NCBI GenBank assembly: GCA_947624385.1
Contig: CANQJZ010000008.1
Coordinates: 2,226 to 66,225, forward strand
Direction of reading: 5' to 3'
Length of the DNA: 64,000 nt
Origin: an uncultured Oscillospiraceae bacterium
Lineage (GTDB): Bacteria > Bacillota > Clostridia > Oscillospirales > Oscillospiraceae
The position numbers were made by a program, and so were the translations under genes. Below are positions 24,336-33,001 of the stretch, one piece after another. Position 1 is the first letter of the stretch; every line of letters starts with the position of its first letter. The notes below the pieces were generated by a model, which had not been told where the DNA came from, ran no database searches, and saw nothing but the letters and a program-made list of their open reading frames with translations.

Positions 24336-26894
24336 ATGGGCGAGGCGGCAAAAAAGATCATGGTCCTGGACGGCAACTCCATCGTCAACCGGGCGTTTTT
24401 CGGTATCCATATGCTCAACGCCCCGGACGGCACGCCGACCAACGGCGTGTACGGCTTCATCGCCATATTGCAGCGGCTTTTGGAGCTGGAATCGCCGGAG
24501 GCGGTGTGCGTCACCTTCGACGTACACGCGCCCACCTTCCGCCACCAGATGAGCGCGGCGTATAAGGCCCAGCGCAAGCCCATGCCGGAGGAACTGCGGA
24601 CCCAGATACCGCTGCTCAAGGAGCTTTTGGACGCCATGGGCATCCGGCGGTACGAGCTGGCCGGGTGGGAGGCGGACGACCTGCTGGGGACGATGGCGGC
24701 GGCGTGTGAAAAAGCCGGCTGGGACTGCCGGCTGGTCACCGGCGACAAGGACGCCTTCCAGCTCATCACCGACGCCACCCACGTGGTACACATCAAGACC
24801 CGCATGGGCCAGACCGAGACCATCGAATATGACCCGGCCCGTTTCCGGGAGGAATACGGCCTGGAACCGGCGGGAATGGTGGATCTGAAGGCCCTGATGG
24901 GGGACAGCTCCGACAACATCCCCGGCGTGCCCGGTATCGGGGAAAAGACCGCCCTGGACCTGCTGCACCGGTTCGGCAGCCTGGACGGGGTGTATGAAAA
25001 CCTGGACGACGCGTCTATTAAGGCGGGGCAGAAAAAGAAGCTGGCCGACGGCGCCGACAGCGCCCGGCTTTCCTATACCCTGGCGACCATACGCCGGGAC
25101 GCGCCCATAGAATTTGACCCGGCGGACGCGCTTTGGACCCTGCGGCCCAGCGGGGCGTTATACGCCCTGTGCCGCCGGCTGGGGTTCGGCCGGTTCATCG
25201 AGCGCTGGGGCCTTACCCCGGATGAGAACGCGCCGGAGACCGCCGCGCCCGCCCTGCCCCATGTGACCGGGGACGCGTCCGCGGCGCTGGCGGCTGTCCG
25301 GGCGGCGGAGGTCGTGGCCGTGGTGACCCATGACGGGCTGGACGGCCTGAGCCTGTGCGACGGCAAGACGGTGTACGAGCTGGACTGGTCCGGCGGCGGC
25401 GAGGGGTACAACGAGCTGCTGCGGGCCGTATTTTCCCCGGGAATAAAAAAGCTGGGCCATCATATAAAAGAGCTGATGGCGCTGTTGCTGGCGGAGGGGC
25501 TGAGCACGGAGGGCTTCCAGTTCGACACGGCCCTGGCCGGGTATTTGCTGGACGCGCTGGCGTCGGACTACGCGCTGCCGAAGCTGGCCGTGCGGTACCT
25601 GGGCCGGGAGCTGGACGGGGCCGAGGCGGTGTACGCCCTGTGTGCCGTGCTGCCGGGGAAGCTGGATGCGCTTGGCATGCATGGGCTCTATTACGACATT
25701 GAACTGCCCCTTTGCCCGGTGCTGGCGGAAATGGAGCGGACCGGGTTTCTGGCGGACAGAAAGGCACTGTACGACTTCGGCCAGGAGCTGAGCGGCGGCA
25801 TCGCGGAGCTGCAGGAGCGGATATGGGACGCGGCGGGCTGCCAGTTCAACATCAACTCCCCCAAGCAGCTGGGGGAAGTGCTGTTCGAGCGGCTGGGTCT
25901 GCCCGGCGGCAAGCGGTACGCCCGGGGCTGGACCACCAACGCGGACGTGCTGGACCGGCTGAAGGATAAGCACCCGATCGTGCCGCTGGTGCTGGAATAC
26001 CGGGAGATGACAAAGCTCAAGAGCACCTATACCGACGGGCTGCAAAAGGCCATCGGTCCCGACGGGCGTATCCACACCACGTTCCAGATGACCGTCACGG
26101 ACACGGGGCGGCTATCCTCCCGGGACCCGAATTTGCAGAATATCCCCGTCCGGCGCGCTCTGGGCGCGGGCATCCGGCGCATGTTCGTGGCCGGACCAGG
26201 CAATGTGCTGGTGGACGCGGACTACAGCCAGATCGAGCTGCGGCTGCTGGCCCATATCTCCGGCGACGAGACCATGCGGGAGGCGTTTTTGTCCGGCGAG
26301 GATATTCACGCCGTCACGGCCAGCCAGGTGTTCGGTCTGCCCCTGGACCAGGTGACCCATGAGATACGGGGCAGGGCCAAGGCCGTGAACTTCGGCATCG
26401 TGTACGGCATCTCCGCCTTCTCTCTGGCCCAGGACATCGGCGTGACCCAGGCCGAGGCCAAACAGTACATCGACGCCTATCTGGCCAAGTACCACGGCAT
26501 ACGGGAATATATGGAAAACACCATCGCCCAGGCCAAAGAGCGGGGCTATGTGTCCACCCTGTTCGGCCGGCGGCGGGCCATGCCGGAGCTGACCGCCTCC
26601 AACTATAACCTGCGCGCCTTCGGCGAGCGGGTGGCCCGAAATATGCCCATCCAGGGCACGGCGGCGGACATCATAAAGCTGGCCATGATACGGGTACACG
26701 ACCGGCTTGCCAAAGAGCTGCCGGAGGCAAGGCTTCTTTTGCAGGTCCACGACGAGCTGATCGTGGAGTGCCCCCGGGCGCTGGCCGACAAGGCGGCGGA
26801 GATATTGAAGGAAGAGATGGAGCATACAGTGGACTACCCGGTGCCGCTCACTGTGGACACAGGCGTGGGCAAGAGCTGGGCGGACGCACATTAA
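24336..26894 (+). CDS. polA: DNA polymerase I
   Basis: 5'-nuclease domain (LDGNS..RAFF), then polymerase motifs DYSQIELR, RRxAKxxNFGxxYG and QVHDEL. The first 62 ORF-track codons are translated repeat sequence, so the start is set at MGEAAKK. Confidence 0.95.
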   Translation: MGEAAKKIMVLDGNSIVNRAFFGIHMLNAPDGTPTNGVYGFIAILQRLLELESPEAVCVTFDVHAPTFRHQMSAAYKAQRKPMPEELRTQIPLLKELLDAMGIRRYELAGWEADDLLGTMAAACEKAGWDCRLVTGDKDAFQLITDATHVVHIKTRMGQTETIEYDPARFREEYGLEPAGMVDLKALMGDSSDNIPGVPGIGEKTALDLLHRFGSLDGVYENLDDASIKAGQKKKLADGADSARLSYTLATIRRDAPIEFDPADALWTLRPSGALYALCRRLGFGRFIERWGLTPDENAPETAAPALPHVTGDASAALAAVRAAEVVAVVTHDGLDGLSLCDGKTVYELDWSGGGEGYNELLRAVFSPGIKKLGHHIKELMALLLAEGLSTEGFQFDTALAGYLLDALASDYALPKLAVRYLGRELDGAEAVYALCAVLPGKLDALGMHGLYYDIELPLCPVLAEMERTGFLADRKALYDFGQELSGGIAELQERIWDAAGCQFNINSPKQLGEVLFERLGLPGGKRYARGWTTNADVLDRLKDKHPIVPLVLEYREMTKLKSTYTDGLQKAIGPDGRIHTTFQMTVTDTGRLSSRDPNLQNIPVRRALGAGIRRMFVAGPGNVLVDADYSQIELRLLAHISGDETMREAFLSGEDIHAVTASQVFGLPLDQVTHEIRGRAKAVNFGIVYGISAFSLAQDIGVTQAEAKQYIDAYLAKYHGIREYMENTIAQAKERGYVSTLFGRRRAMPELTASNYNLRAFGERVARNMPIQGTAADIIKLAMIRVHDRLAKELPEARLLLQVHDELIVECPRALADKAAEILKEEMEHTVDYPVPLTVDTGVGKSWADAH

Positions 26895-26896
26895 GT

Positions 26897-27048
26897 CGTT
26901 TGAAAGGCAAAGCCTTTCAAACGAGAAGGCTGCGGCCTGCTGCAGCGCACGCGCAAGCGCGCACGTTTGCAGGCCGATAAGAGTTTTTTCCGAGGTACAC
27001 GCCCCCGGAAAAAACGATTTGACTTTATTCGGCTCTGCGGAGCCGAAC
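26897..27048. repeat. cluster of four unrelated strong hairpins filling the polA-rimI spacer
   Basis: tcgtttgaaaggc/gcctttcaaacga (26897-26925); ggcctgc...gcaggcc enclosing cgcgc/gcgcg; ttttttccg/cggaaaaaa; ttcggctc/gagccgaa (27029-27048). Confidence 0.6.
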
Positions 27049-27064
27049 TCTGCGAGGCACAAAA

Positions 27065-27490
27065 ATGGTCATCCGTAAGGCGAGACAAGAGGATATGTCG
27101 GCGGTGGCGGCGCTGGAGGCGGTGTGCTTTCCGGAGGAGCCCTGGCCGGAGCGGCTGTTTGCCGAGGCGACCGAGCGGCTGCTGGTGGCCGAGGAAAACG
27201 GGGCCGTCATCGGCTACGCGGTGCTTTTTTCCGTGCTGGACGAGGGCAGTCTGGACAACATCGCCGTGGACCCGGCCCACCGCCGCCAGGGCGTGGCGGA
27301 CGCGCTGCTGGACGCGGTGGTCCGGCGGGGACGGGAAAAGGAGCTGTCCTTCGTCACGCTGGAGGTCCGGCAGGGCAATTTGCCTGCCATCGCCCTGTAC
27401 GAAAAGCACGGCTTCGCCCAGGTGGGCCGCCGGACGAATTACTATGAGAGACCGAGAGAGGACGCCATTTTGATGACGCTGGTGCTGTGA
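27065..27490 (+). CDS. rimI: ribosomal-protein-alanine N-acetyltransferase
   Basis: GNAT fold with NIAVDPAHRRQGVADALL, immediately upstream of tsaD. Confidence 0.85.
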   Translation: MVIRKARQEDMSAVAALEAVCFPEEPWPERLFAEATERLLVAEENGAVIGYAVLFSVLDEGSLDNIAVDPAHRRQGVADALLDAVVRRGREKELSFVTLEVRQGNLPAIALYEKHGFAQVGRRTNYYERPREDAILMTLVL

Positions 27491-27493
27491 GAG

Positions 27494-28498
27494 ATGCTGA
27501 TCTTATCTGTTGAATCCTCCTGCGACGAGACCGCCGTGGCGTTAGTTGCCGACGGCCGGAAAGTCCTGGCCGACGAGATATTTTCCCAGGTGGCCCTGCA
27601 CGAGATCTACGGCGGGGTGGTGCCGGAGATCGCGGCCAGAAGCCATTTGGAGGTCATCACCTATCTGGCGGACCGGGCGCTGGACAAGGCCGGCATATCC
27701 CGCCGGGACATAGACGCCGTGGCGTGTACCTATGCCCCCGGCCTCATCGGCGCGGTGCTGGTGGGGGTGAACTTCGCCAAGAGCGCGGCCCTGGCCCTGG
27801 GCGTGCCTTTGATCCCGGTGCATCATATCCGGGGCCATATCGCGGCCAACTACCTGGCCTTCCCGGACCTGGAGCCGCCCTTTCTGTGTCTTGCCATCTC
27901 CGGGGGCAATACCATGCTGGTACACGTGCGGGACTATACGGACATGGCCGTGCTGGGCCGGACCCGGGACGACGCGGCGGGCGAGTGCTTCGACAAGTCC
28001 GCCCGGGTGCTGGGCCTGGGCTACCCCGGCGGCAAGCCCATCGACGACCTGTCGAAACAGGGCAGCGACCGGGCCTACGACCTGCCGAGACCGGCGGTGC
28101 ATGGGGACAACCCCTACGACATGAGCTTTTCCGGGCTCAAGACTGCCGTGGTGAATTTGGTCCACCATGCCGAACAGACCGGCGAGCCGCTGGACAAGGC
28201 GGGCCTGGCGGCCAGCCTTTGCCGGGCGGTGAGCGAGTCGCTGGTGGGCCGGACCATGGACGCCGCGGCGGCGCTGGGCTGCGAGCGTGTCGCCGTGGCG
28301 GGGGGCGTGGCCGCCAACTCCCGTATCCGGGCGGATTTCGAGGCCGCCTGTGCAAAGGCGGGCAAAAGGCTCTTTGTGCCGCCGCTGCGCCTTTGCGGGG
28401 ACAACGCCGCCATGATCGGCGCACAGGGCTATTACGAGCTTCTGGCCGGCCACACCGCCGGCAGCGATCTGAACGCCTACGCCACAAAAGCGCTGTAA
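27494..28498 (+). CDS. tsaD: tRNA N6-adenosine threonylcarbamoyltransferase TsaD
   Basis: ILSVESSCDETAVA...HH.RGH...GGVAAN pattern. Confidence 0.95.
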   Translation: MLILSVESSCDETAVALVADGRKVLADEIFSQVALHEIYGGVVPEIAARSHLEVITYLADRALDKAGISRRDIDAVACTYAPGLIGAVLVGVNFAKSAALALGVPLIPVHHIRGHIAANYLAFPDLEPPFLCLAISGGNTMLVHVRDYTDMAVLGRTRDDAAGECFDKSARVLGLGYPGGKPIDDLSKQGSDRAYDLPRPAVHGDNPYDMSFSGLKTAVVNLVHHAEQTGEPLDKAGLAASLCRAVSESLVGRTMDAAAALGCERVAVAGGVAANSRIRADFEAACAKAGKRLFVPPLRLCGDNAAMIGAQGYYELLAGHTAGSDLNAYATKAL

Positions 28499-28505
28499 AG
28501 GCCGG

Positions 28506-28964
28506 ATGAAGCGATACAGGACGTTTATCAGGACCCTTTGGTGGGTGTACATCGCGTGGCTGCTGATCTTCGTGGTGGTCAAGTTCCGGGGGTCATTTAC
28601 CGAGCTGCGGGACCGGATGGCGCTGCCCCAGCAGTTCGCCCACTATAATCTCATACCCTTCGCCACCATACGGGTGCAGCTCCGGTTCATCTCCCGCGGC
28701 TGGGCCTGGTTCAACCTGCTGGGCAACACGGTCTCCTTTGTGCCCTTCGGCTTTCTGCTGCCGCTGGTGTGCGAAAAGATAGACCGGCTGTGGAAGGTGC
28801 TGCTGGCGGGCGTTGTCACGGTGGCGCTCATCGAGCTTTTCCAGTACTTCACCCGGCTTGGGAGCCTGGACGTGGACGACCTCATACTCAATATGGCGGG
28901 CATCGCCTTTGGATATTTTCTCATGTGGTACATCACCCGCAGGGGCGGTCAGGAGACGCAATGA
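28506..28964 (+). CDS. VanZ family membrane protein
   Basis: Four TM helices with NLIPF....GN...FVPFGFLLP motif. Confidence 0.8.
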   Translation: MKRYRTFIRTLWWVYIAWLLIFVVVKFRGSFTELRDRMALPQQFAHYNLIPFATIRVQLRFISRGWAWFNLLGNTVSFVPFGFLLPLVCEKIDRLWKVLLAGVVTVALIELFQYFTRLGSLDVDDLILNMAGIAFGYFLMWYITRRGGQETQ

Positions 28965-29395
28965 AAACGACGCATATCACCCATTCGGAATCGGAGACGG
29001 AGGCGCTGGGCGCGGCGTTCGCCGAAAAGCTGCCCGCCGGGGCCGTGGCGGCCCTGTACGGGGACCTGGGCTGCGGCAAGACGGCCTTCGTCCGGGGAAT
29101 GGCCCGGGGCATGGGCCTGGACGAGGCCCAGGTCAGCAGTCCCACCTTCACCATCGTCAACGAGTACGAGGGGGAAAGGCCGCTGTTCCACTTTGACATG
29201 TACCGCCTTGCCAGCGCGGACGAGCTTTTCGACATCGGCTGGGAGGACTATTTGGCCCGCGGCGGCGTGTGCGCCGTGGAGTGGAGCGAGAACGTCCCCG
29301 GCGCGTTCGAGGGGGACGAGTACGCGGTCCGGTTTAAACGAACCGGAGAGACGGACCGGGAGATAGTGATCGAGGGAGGACCGAGCTCATGCTGA
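28961..29395 (+). CDS. tsaE: tRNA threonylcarbamoyladenosine biosynthesis ATPase TsaE
   Basis: ATGA overlap with the vanZ stop. GDLGCGKTAFVRG P-loop and SPTFT..NEY motif. Confidence 0.9.
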   Translation: MKTTHITHSESETEALGAAFAEKLPAGAVAALYGDLGCGKTAFVRGMARGMGLDEAQVSSPTFTIVNEYEGERPLFHFDMYRLASADELFDIGWEDYLARGGVCAVEWSENVPGAFEGDEYAVRFKRTGETDREIVIEGGPSSC

Positions 29396-30084
29396 TGCTG
29401 GCGCTGGAAAGCTCCGCGAAAGCCTGTTCCGCGGCGCTTTTTGAGGACGAAAACATGCTGGCCCTGTCCATCCAGACAAGCGGCCTGACCCACAGCCGGA
29501 CCCTTCTGCCCATGGCGGAGGACATGCTGCGCAACACGGACAAAAAGCCGGAGGACTTGGGCCTGGTGGCGGTGAGCCGTGGGCCCGGGTCCTTCACCGG
29601 CTTGCGCATCGGTCTGGCCGAGGCCAAGGGCCTGTGCTGGGCGCTGGAGATCCCGGCGGTGGGGGTGTCCACTCTGGAGGCGATGGCCTATGGCGGGCCG
29701 GTGCTGGACGGGCAGATGCTCTGCTGCTGCATGGACGCCCGCCGGGGCCAGGTGTACAACGCCCTGTTCACCGTGGAGGACGGCAAGCCCGTTCGGCTGA
29801 CCGAGGACAGGGCCATTTCCCTGCCGGAGCTGGAAAAGGAGCTGATCGCGTCCCAGGAGCCGTGGATACTGCTTGGCGACGGGGCGCAACTGTGCTATAA
29901 TACCCTGGACCGGGACAAGATCGCGCTGTTTATGGCCCCGGAGCCCCTGCGGGTGCAAAACGCCCGGGGCGTGGGTCTGGCGGCGATGGACAGGGAGCCG
30001 GTCAGCGCCAACGACCTGCTGCCCGTGTACCTGCGCCTGAGCCAGGCGGAGAGACAACGGTTGGAAAAACTGCAAAACACATAA
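29389..30084 (+). CDS. tsaB: tRNA threonylcarbamoyladenosine biosynthesis protein TsaB
   Basis: LALESS...GPGSFTGLRIG pattern. Overlaps tsaE by 7 nt. Confidence 0.9.
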   Translation: MLMLALESSAKACSAALFEDENMLALSIQTSGLTHSRTLLPMAEDMLRNTDKKPEDLGLVAVSRGPGSFTGLRIGLAEAKGLCWALEIPAVGVSTLEAMAYGGPVLDGQMLCCCMDARRGQVYNALFTVEDGKPVRLTEDRAISLPELEKELIASQEPWILLGDGAQLCYNTLDRDKIALFMAPEPLRVQNARGVGLAAMDREPVSANDLLPVYLRLSQAERQRLEKLQNT

Positions 30085-30111
30085 AACTTCACACAAAGGA
30101 GAAGTAGAAAA

Positions 30112-30741
30112 ATGAGCAAGGTAATGGTATTCGACCACCCGCTTATCCAGCACAAGCTCTCCATCCTCCGGGACGAGCGGACCAGCGTCAAGGAGTTCCG
30201 GGAGCTGATCAGCGAGATCGCCGAGCTGATGTGCTACGAGGCCACCCGGAACCTGCCTCTGGAAGAAGTGCAGGTCAAGACGCCCGTGGGTATCGCCACC
30301 TGCCACCGCATCGCCGGCAAGAAGCTGGCCGTGGTGCCCATTCTCCGGGCCGGTCTGGGCATGGTGGACGGCATGGTCGCCATGATGCCCAACGTCAAAG
30401 TCGGCCACGTGGGCCTTTACCGGGACCCCCAGACGCTGGAGCCGGTGAAGTACTACTTCAAGATGCCGCCCGACATCACCGAGCGGGACGTGATCGTGGT
30501 GGATCCCATGCTGGCCACCGGCGGCAGCGCCGTGGCGGCGGTGCAGTTTTTGAAGGACGAGGGCGTGAAGAACATCAAGTTCATGTGCATCATCGGCGCG
30601 CCCGAGGGTATCGCGGCCATGCAGAAGGCCCACCCGGACGTGGACATCTTCGTGGCCGGGCAGGACGAAAAGCTCAACGAGCACGGGTACATCGTCCCCG
30701 GCCTGGGTGACGCCGGCGACCGCATTTTCGGCACAAAGTAA
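30112..30741 (+). CDS. upp: uracil phosphoribosyltransferase
   Basis: [41 protein letters not shown]. Confidence 0.95.
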   Translation: MSKVMVFDHPLIQHKLSILRDERTSVKEFRELISEIAELMCYEATRNLPLEEVQVKTPVGIATCHRIAGKKLAVVPILRAGLGMVDGMVAMMPNVKVGHVGLYRDPQTLEPVKYYFKMPPDITERDVIVVDPMLATGGSAVAAVQFLKDEGVKNIKFMCIIGAPEGIAAMQKAHPDVDIFVAGQDEKLNEHGYIVPGLGDAGDRIFGTK

Positions 30742-30782
30742 GAAAATCCTATAAAAATACCACCGGCGAGGTCATCCTGAAC

Positions 30783-30832
30783 AACACCCCATTTGTTAGA
30801 CAGTATGGTATACTACTAACGAATGGGGTGTT
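30783..30832. repeat. 50-nt near-perfect palindrome at the left edge of a low-GC islet
   Basis: Arms aacaccccatttgttag (30783-30799) and ctaacgaatggggtgtt (30816-30832) with 1 mismatch. The loop itself holds agtat/atact. Confidence 0.7.
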
Positions 30833-31007
30833 ACTTATGCCAAAAGGGAAGCCAAAATACACGCCAACATTATGCCCTTATAGGGCTTGTGCAGGCCACC
30901 CGCTACGCGGGTGGTCCTGACTCAAAACTTAAATCCGTAAGGTGTAACAAAAACAAAGCTGCAATTTTATTGAAAACAACAGCAAAATCCTTCAGCGATA
31001 TTCCCGC

Positions 31008-31063
31008 TTGACACTTGAAACCTTTAGTGATATATTTGTATCAGATAGTGATAAATATATCAC
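31008..31063 (+). promoter_or_regulatory. promoter plus operator dyad in front of the membrane-protein/HTH pair
   Basis: TTGACA (31008-31013), 17-nt spacer, TATATT (31031-31036). An 11-nt perfect inverted repeat gtgatatattt (31027-31037) / aaatatatcac (31053-31063) overlaps the -10. Confidence 0.55.
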
Positions 31064-31085
31064 ACCCGCAAAGGAGAAACGGATC

Positions 31086-31472
31086 ATGAAACAAGAAAGC
31101 CCTGGAAATATCAGATCCCTGCGCTGGTATCACGCTGCCATTATAGTACTGTCCGCTCTTGGCGCGTTGGCAGTTCTTTTCGTGGATAACTGGAGCGAGA
31201 TGATCTGGCTGCTTCCGATAGCGGTGGCGACCTGTTTTGACGGTAAATTTGAAAAATCAGATGAGCTTGTGAAACAAAACATTGCGAGAGCAAATACGAT
31301 CACAATGTGGAGCTTATTTGCCGTACTTTGCGTATTTGCCATGCACGCAAGATCTCACGCAATTTCAGCAGCGCACATATTGGTCGTGATGCTCTCAGCC
31401 TTTGCGCTCCGCAGCGTTCTGTTTATAATTTTTGACTGCTCTTTTATCGGAAAGGAGCAGTCAGATGGCTGA
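31086..31472 (+). CDS. small multi-pass membrane protein (DUF2975/DUF2178-like partner of YozG-type regulators)
   Basis: AAAGGAG SD, four predicted TM helices, low GC. Overlaps the downstream HTH gene by 8 nt. Confidence 0.6.
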   Translation: MKQESPGNIRSLRWYHAAIIVLSALGALAVLFVDNWSEMIWLLPIAVATCFDGKFEKSDELVKQNIARANTITMWSLFAVLCVFAMHARSHAISAAHILVVMLSAFALRSVLFIIFDCSFIGKEQSDG

Positions 31473-31668
31473 ACTTCACACGAAGATCAAAGAATACAGG
31501 GCTAAATTCAATATGAGCCAGCATGAACTGGCGGAGCTTGCGGATGTGCGCCGCGAAACGATCGTTCGGTTGGAGAGAGGGCAATATAACCCGTCACTGA
31601 AGCTTGCTATGGATATTGCAAAAGTATTTGGGACAACCGTAGAAGAAGTGTTTTCGTTTGAGAAATAA
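31465..31668 (+). CDS. XRE-family helix-turn-helix transcriptional regulator (YozG-like, 67 aa)
   Basis: MSQHELAELADVRRETIVRLERGQYNPSLKLAMDIAKVF HTH_3 pattern. AAAGGAG lies 7 nt upstream. Confidence 0.85.
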   Translation: MAELHTKIKEYRAKFNMSQHELAELADVRRETIVRLERGQYNPSLKLAMDIAKVFGTTVEEVFSFEK

Positions 31669-31684
31669 GAAACTGAATATAACT

Positions 31685-33001
31685 TCACAGCTTTCCTGTG
31701 CTCCCCCGCACGACCAGTTCCGTCGGGAGGGTGACGGAAAGCTCCGCCGCTTCCCCGGCGGGCGCCGACGACGCCAGTCCGTGGCCGGGCCTGGCCTCGG
31801 TCCGGCGCTTGCGCACGATGGCGTTTGGCGGGGCGCAGACCGGCAGACGCATATGCAGCTCCATCTTGGCGTGGCTGGCGGCGGGGACCGGTTCGCCGTC
31901 CCCGTCCAGTATCTGGCCGCAGGTGAACGCCAGCGGCTCCCCATCGGGCGTCAGAAGCTCCAGCTCGTCACCGGGGAAGAACCGGTTGCGCTGGGTCAGC
32001 ACGGCGCTGCCCGCCCCGTCGCACCGCTCCACCACCGCCACGATGTCATAGCGGGAGAAGTAACAGGCGTCATCCGTATATTGGCCGGGCTGGCCGAAGT
32101 AAAATCCGGTGGAATAGGGCCGGTGGCTGACGGCGAGCACCTCGTCCCGCCAGACCGGGGCCAGGGGCTTCCCCGCCAGGGCCGCGTCCATGGCGTGGCG
32201 GTAGGCGTTGGTCACCGCGGCGGCGTAATAGGCGGACTTGGTCCTCCCCTCGATCTTCAGGCTGGTCACCCCTGCCGCCAGCAGCTCGGGCACGTGGTCG
32301 ATCATGCACATGTCCCGTGAATTGAAAAGATACGTGCCGCCGTCCTCGGTCAGCTCCATATACTCCCCCGGCCGCTTTTCCTCCACCACGTGGTACCTCC
32401 ACCGGCAGGGCTGGGCGCAGGCGCCCTGGTTGGCGTCCCGGCCCGTCAGGTAGTTTGACAGCACGCACCGGCCGGAGAAGGACACGCACATCGCCCCGTG
32501 GCAGAACGCCTCCAGCTCCAGCTCCTTTGGGGTCCGGGCCCGGAGGGCCGCGATCTGCTCCAAGCTCATCTCCCGGGCCAGGACCACACGGCTGGCTCCC
32601 AGGTCGTAAAAGGCCCTGGCCGTGACCGCGTTCATCACCCCCGCCTGGGTGCTGATATGGACGGCGGCGCTGGGCGCGTATTTTTTCGCCAGGGTCAGCA
32701 CCCCCAGGTCGGATATGATGAGCCCGTCCGCGTGGGCGCTTTCCAGGCTCTCCAAATACCCCGGCAGCGCGTCCATCTGCCCGTCGGTGGGGATGGTGTT
32801 CACGGTCACATAGACCTTCACGTCCCGCTCGTGGCAATAATTTACCGCCCAGGCCATATCCTCCGGGCCGAAGCAGCCGGCCCCGGCCCGCATGCCGTAC
32901 CCCGGCCCGGCCAGATACACCGCGTCCGCCCCGTATGTCACGGCCATGACCAGCTTCTCTCGATCACCGGCGGGGGATAAAATTTCCGCCCTGGCGCTCA
33001 C
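31685..33001 (-). CDS. U32 family peptidase (PrtC/RlhA/TrhP-like)
   Basis: EILSPAG.....AV.YGADAVY.G.....R and EAFCHGAMCVSFSGRC motifs. Confidence 0.9.
   Translation of the reverse strand: MSARAEILSPAGDREKLVMAVTYGADAVYLAGPGYGMRAGAGCFGPEDMAWAVNYCHERDVKVYVTVNTIPTDGQMDALPGYLESLESAHADGLIISDLGVLTLAKKYAPSAAVHISTQAGVMNAVTARAFYDLGASRVVLAREMSLEQIAALRARTPKELELEAFCHGAMCVSFSGRCVLSNYLTGRDANQGACAQPCRWRYHVVEEKRPGEYMELTEDGGTYLFNSRDMCMIDHVPELLAAGVTSLKIEGRTKSAYYAAAVTNAYRHAMDAALAGKPLAPVWRDEVLAVSHRPYSTGFYFGQPGQYTDDACYFSRYDIVAVVERCDGAGSAVLTQRNRFFPGDELELLTPDGEPLAFTCGQILDGDGEPVPAASHAKMELHMRLPVCAPPNAIVRKRRTEARPGHGLASSAPAGEAAELSVTLPTELVVRGSTGKL

Noticed and set aside
30837-30920. 27-codon ORF (MPKGKPKYTPTLCPYRACAGHPLRGWS) after the 50-nt palindrome. 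Also the 62-aa track ORF at 30823-31011.
   Set aside because: They are too short and have no recognisable family. They are kept only as a note within the islet finding, not called as genes.
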